Of a stretch of DNA of 64,000 bases, positions 59,379 through 64,000 are shown one piece after another. Under the pieces are notes generated by a model. That model was not told the origin of the DNA and did not search any database. It saw only the letters and a program-made list of their open reading frames with translations. The stretch is from positions 928,502 to 992,501 of the forward strand of contig MU063255.1 of the NCBI GenBank assembly GCA_013265495.1. Direction: 5' to 3'. Origin of the DNA: Vicugna vicugna. Lineage: Eukaryota. The translations under genes were made by a program, and so were the position numbers. Every line of letters starts with the position of its first letter. The stretch's first letter is position 1.

Positions 59379-60449
59379 ATTTTTCTGTCCAGCTGATTGC
59401 AGAGGCTGGAGATGTGAGGAAGAATACAGCATGAAGGAATGATACGGGCAAAAGCAAGAAGCGGAGAAGTACAAAACATCAAGGGAGATGCTACTGAAAT
59501 TGCACCTGAACTTCACCTTGTGGTCATTAGGGACCCACTGGTACTTTTAGAGCAGAGGAGAGCCAGTTTCAAGTTATGTCTTAGAAATTCAACTCTGTAT
59601 CACTAGACTTCAACTACTATTCTACACCTGTATCTCTTTAGTTTTACAGGTAACTATTCATAAGGAAAGAATAATAATATCGTAAGATTTCCACTAATAG
59701 GTAAAAAAGAATGTATCTCTGAAGTTAAGTGGAAAATGATATTCTCAGGGAAGATTCCAGGGAAAAAAAGTGTTTTTGAGAAACAGATGGAATCTCAGAG
59801 CCTCAAGTCTGTTGGCTTATAACACCAAGGCAACGAACTTTATGCCAACAATTAAACTAGTCTTTCCAGTAAAATGGCAAACCCCTCAATCACATGGCTC
59901 TCAATGATACTGCCAGTATGAAGTGTTTAGATTCCCCAGGGGAAAATAAGAAAACTTTGCAGCAGCAGTAACTAAAAAGAGAAGATTATTGTGTAAGGAG
60001 ATACTTCCTCCACAGCTCATCGGTGCCAGTGATGTGCTAGGTGCTTTCTATTGTCAGCTCACTCGGTCCCTAAAGATCAGGGATGCAGACTCCAGCCTGC
60101 ATGACCCCAGGGTCCACCACATCATGTGCGAATTTAAAGTTTCAAAGATTGGATCATGACAGTGCTAGGCAAATACTCCCTCTCCAAAGCCCAGCTCAAA
60201 TACCACGTCTTTCACCCACTTTCCATAACTCTATCCCCTCTTTGGTTTGCTCCTTCTCTGCCATCCAAAGCACGGACAGCTTGTCTCAGCCAACTTCACA
60301 TCCAGTCACTTAGGGAGCTGAGAATTTCTTTTTTTTATCATTTCTGCTAGTTAGGAATTTTTATTTGTTTTTTTTTAATAGAAAGCAATTCAGGGTGGAT
60401 TGAAAAGAAAACAGAATTTGGCAGTTATTAGAGGATGTTCAGAAATAGA

Positions 60450-60782
60450 CTGGGTACCCTTTATTGCTGCATGATAAAGTTTTACCTCATTCCCTTAAGT
60501 GTGGTCATGTGACTTGGCTGGCCAATGGAATTGTTAATCTGCATGACTTGCAAGAGGCAGTTTCAGAGCCAGCGCACATTGGCTACGTTTACTTCCTACC
60601 AAAGTGATTGTGGAAGCATGTCAAGATAAAGACTGCATCCCTGAGTGAGGATGATAAGAATCGGCTTCCGGTGAACATGTCAGTTGGCACATAGAGTGAG
60701 CAAAGCCTGTGTGGTACTAAACCACTGTGATTAGGGGAGTGTTTGTTACAGCAGCATAAATTAGCCTATCTGGACTGATTCA
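60450..60782 (+). mobile_element. MLT1I-like MaLR LTR
   Basis: 'gtggtcatgtgacttggctggccaatggaa...tgcatccctgagtgagga...ctaaaccactgtgattaggggagtgtttgttacagcagcataaattagcctatctggactgatt'. Confidence 0.75.
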
Positions 60783-61240
60783 GCAGGATGTGTTATAAGG
60801 ACACAGAAGTGTCTTCCGGAACCCAAGGTTAGAAACACAGCGGGGCTTCAAGAAAGTACTAGAACCAGGGTCTATAAAGCTGTGCCACTCTCTCACCTGT
60901 GTTCTACTCTGCGTGTGTGCTTCAGTCTCTTCCTCTCTCTATCTCTGACTGCCCTTCTCTGTCTCTGTCTCCACCTTTCTTTGTGGGTCTCTCTTTTTCT
61001 CTTACTGCACCCCTAGACTTCCTGGTGGGAAGTAGGGTAAGATGTGTGTCCCAAACCTTTTGAGTGTATCTATCACAAGTCCTTCTTTCTCCGTCTGTCT
61101 CTGTCTTACACACACACACACATACACACATGCCATTACTTGGTTTCATACCCAAATTACCAAGGAAGGGACTCTGATCAGCTTAAGACCAGGGGATCAC
61201 CCCTCGTGCAATCAAATACGGCCAGGGGGGTGAAAGAAAG
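60783..61240 (-). mobile_element. MLT1K/L-like MaLR LTR fragment with (CT)/(CA) low-complexity tracts
   Basis: 'ttataaggacacagaagtgtcttccgggaacccaagg...agaaccaggg' resembles MLT1K in reverse. Confidence 0.45.
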
Positions 61241-63479
61241 AAAACGGCTGTCGATGAGGAAGGCATTTAAGGAGCGTTACTGTGAGTCGGACCTATAATA
61301 ATAGTCGCTCACACTGAGACAAAGACTCCTCTGTGATGGTTATGGTTCTAAGAGCTTTATGTCTATTAACTCTCAAAATCCTCAGAAAATCTCTTAAGAG
61401 TTAGATTCTAATGTCACAAGCCCTATTTGACAGATGAGAAAATGGAGACAGATCTAAGTAGGTTCACTTGCCCAAGGTCACAGCTGATAAGTAGATCAGA
61501 GAGGTGAATCCTGGCAGTCTCACACTTACAGGAGTCCCTGTCCTTAACCCCAGTGCTGTGCTGCCTTTTATATTGCAACTGGCAACTGCTCTACACACCT
61601 TGTCTCTCCAGGCAGAGTAGAAATCCCTGACAAATCTCCCCCACACATGTAAGAGGGCTTCAATAACGGAAGGAGCCAGCATTACAAGCCACTCGGTAGA
61701 TGCATCCACATCGAATGACGATTCTCACTGAATGGTAGGGAATGTCGTTCCAGAAGTTAAATGACTTGCCCAAGTTTTTATAACTAGTAAATGACAGAAC
61801 CATGACTCAGACCAAGTGTTCTGCTTCCAAATCCAGCACTCTTTCAGAAATACCAGGGTATTTCTGCTGATGCCAAGAATCATGAATAAATCCGGTTCCC
61901 CTTCCGCTCAATGCCTTCAAATGGCAGTATTGCTGATGGCTCTGAAGGCACTGACAGAGGTGCTGGGAAAGCTGAGAAGCCAACCTCCGGGCCATCCCTA
62001 GCGACACTCTTCCAGCACCAGGCTTTTGTAGTATCATCAGTACCACACTCCAAAGAAGGATCACTGAGCTCTGGAACTCAGAGCTCGAAGGAACCTGAGG
62101 TCTCACCAGGCGAGGGGTTCTGGGCTGGACTTCACCATCCCAGCAGGAAAATGGAGAGGGAACCAAGAACTTTGGAGCGTGCCGGATGGCCAGAGTGGAC
62201 ACACATGGAGAGGTCTGATGGGGAAGCTGCTGCCTGATGCTGTTTGTCGGGGGACAGGGGATTTCCTCCTGGGCCATCTTCACCCCAGGTAACCGCACAT
62301 CTGACTTTTCTAGACTCTTTCTCAGGGCAGAGTTCCTAATACTCCATCAGGCTGTGTTGTTATTGGTTCAGGCCCTGAGAAGATGGAGCCTTAATGGGCA
62401 ATGACCTTACCCCTAACCCTTCTCTAGAAGGAAAAATAAAGCCCCAAACTAGGATCTGAATTCCCACCTGTCTGAGTCCCCACACTTCCCTCCACACAAT
62501 GCTGCGACCCCAGCGGACAGATGATCCGCAGCCAAGTCAGGGAATGGCCTTGAAAACGACTAAATGGGCTCATTACTCCCAAGATGAAGAGGAGAGAGAA
62601 GGGAAAAGAGGAAGTCTGGAAAATAATAAGAATGAAGAAGACAGAAATCCAGATGGGTAGGAAGAGAGAACTAGCAGGAGGGAGAGACATGCCAGGAGAA
62701 GAAAGCTTGCATTGACGATCGGGTGTAATTCCAACAGGTCCAGAGGAGAGAAAGATGGAGAAGGATTACAGGCTGCGTAATTGTTCTTCTGACCTTACTT
62801 CCCCCAAGATCAATGGGTGTGCCAGCGGTCTAATTGACTAAGTACTCCTGCTATTCCTCAAAGCCAGCTGCTTTTCCAGGAGAAGAACTAGGGAAAGGAA
62901 ACAACAGCAGTTTCCAAAGGCTGGGGACTGAGTTCCCTGGCGCTGCTCCGGTGTCTGGGAATCCATACTCCGGCTCTCCGTGCCCAGGAGTGTCTCGATT
63001 CTCAGAGGGCAGGGTGTAGGGAGCTGTCAATTACTGATGTGGGAGTTCTGAAACAAGCAACGCTGAGCTCCAAGCACTGCTCTGCTCCGGAATCTGAGAG
63101 TTCAAAGGCAGGCAGCTCCATTTTTTTTTCTCTTTAATGATTCACTTTGTCTTTCTGTGGTGCCTTTCTCAAAGATCAGCAATTTGCAGCTGTCTGTGGA
63201 CATGCTTGCCTGCCCCAGGGAAGGAGAGAGGAGGATCAGAGAAAGCAAGCGGAGCCCGAGTGACAAGACAAACCCCCTACGACGTGCCTTCCTGCAGGAG
63301 AGCCTCCTCGTCGGGGTGCAGGCTCTCTGCACCTCACTTGTTACTTTCGGGCTTTGGAGAGACACAACACTGAGAAGCTGGCCACCTATTTTCTTACCTT
63401 AAGTCCTTAGAGAACTCCAGCCCCACGTCCCTGAGTTCTTTCTTGTTCTGGGGGCATGAGCTAGAGATTTCCTTGCAAA

Positions 63480-63660
63480 TTAGCTCAGTGACCTTGGAGA
63501 AGTCACTTCAGGTTGCTGAACCTCAGTTTCCATAACTATAAAATGGGGGAGATCAACATACATGTATTATCATGAGTGAGGATCAAATCAGTTAATATAC
63601 ATGGAAGTGATTAGAACAGAGCCTGGCATTCTGTTGATGTGCAATCAAAGTTTCCAAGAA
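63480..63660 (-). mobile_element. MIR SINE
   Basis: 'gtgaccttggagaagtcacttcagg...cctcagtttccataactataaaatgggg...aacagagcctggca'. Confidence 0.7.
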
Positions 63661-64000
63661 AAAGGATGAGAAAGAGTTTCTTTACCATGTCTTTTCCTTA
63701 AGCCTAACCTCAGATGTCAGCTCTCTGCAACCTTGGCTCTGGATCGAACAGAATAGAGGGGAAGGGGGCAGCATCACTGGAAAAAGAGTGGGAAAGAAGA
63801 GGAAGAGAAGGGGAGGGCAGTAATATTTGCTGAGCATTGGTGGCATGCCAGGCATGTGCTTGAGGCTTCCGCATGTGCTGCTGTTATCCCTAATATTAAT
63901 AAATACCATGATAGTGACATGATTACAGTGAACACAGTATCAAAGCACTGCATGCACGGCAAGTCCCATTAGAGGGCATGAAATGCACAAGCTCACTGAG

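Noticed and set aside
1-64000. CRISPR arrays, operons, rRNA, prophage or defence systems
   Set aside because: The DNA is mammalian and repeat-rich. No regularly spaced direct repeats, rRNA similarity or dense coding regions were seen.

Overview
This is mammalian (eukaryotic) DNA, most likely camelid (alpaca, llama or camel). The assignment rests on two tRNA-derived SINEs of the camelid Vic-1 type, camelid/cetartiodactyl-style L1 3' ends, and no recognisable ruminant (Bov-A/Bov-B) or pig (PRE-1) SINEs. It is a scaffold-level assembly with two N gaps (22054-22193 and 58152-58314). I recognise no protein-coding gene, tRNA, rRNA or CRISPR array, and the six-frame ORFs look like chance or repeat-derived frames. 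The window is intergenic or deep-intronic and is densely filled with old MIR and L2 fragments, MaLR/ERVL/ERV1 solo LTRs, hAT-Charlie and Tigger DNA transposons and truncated L1s. These are interspersed with short unique islands rich in developmental TF motifs (candidate enhancers). I found no new multi-gene system. The strongest unexplained structures are mechanistic scars: (1) a perfect 104-bp inverted, locally templated insertion with its own 9-bp flanking direct repeat (38111-38214 vs 39835-39938); (2) an L1 insertion that appears to be internally primed and lacks a 3'UTR, with a 16-17-bp TSD; (3) a 1.1-kb ERV1-like solo LTR carrying a transmembrane-like small ORF; (4) fold-back hairpins inside repeats; (5) a recursive-splice-site-like AG|GT motif and several splice-bounded candidate exons. 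Repeat family names come from my recall of consensus sequences and need RepeatMasker/Dfam confirmation. Repeat boundaries are approximate unless a TSD is quoted.
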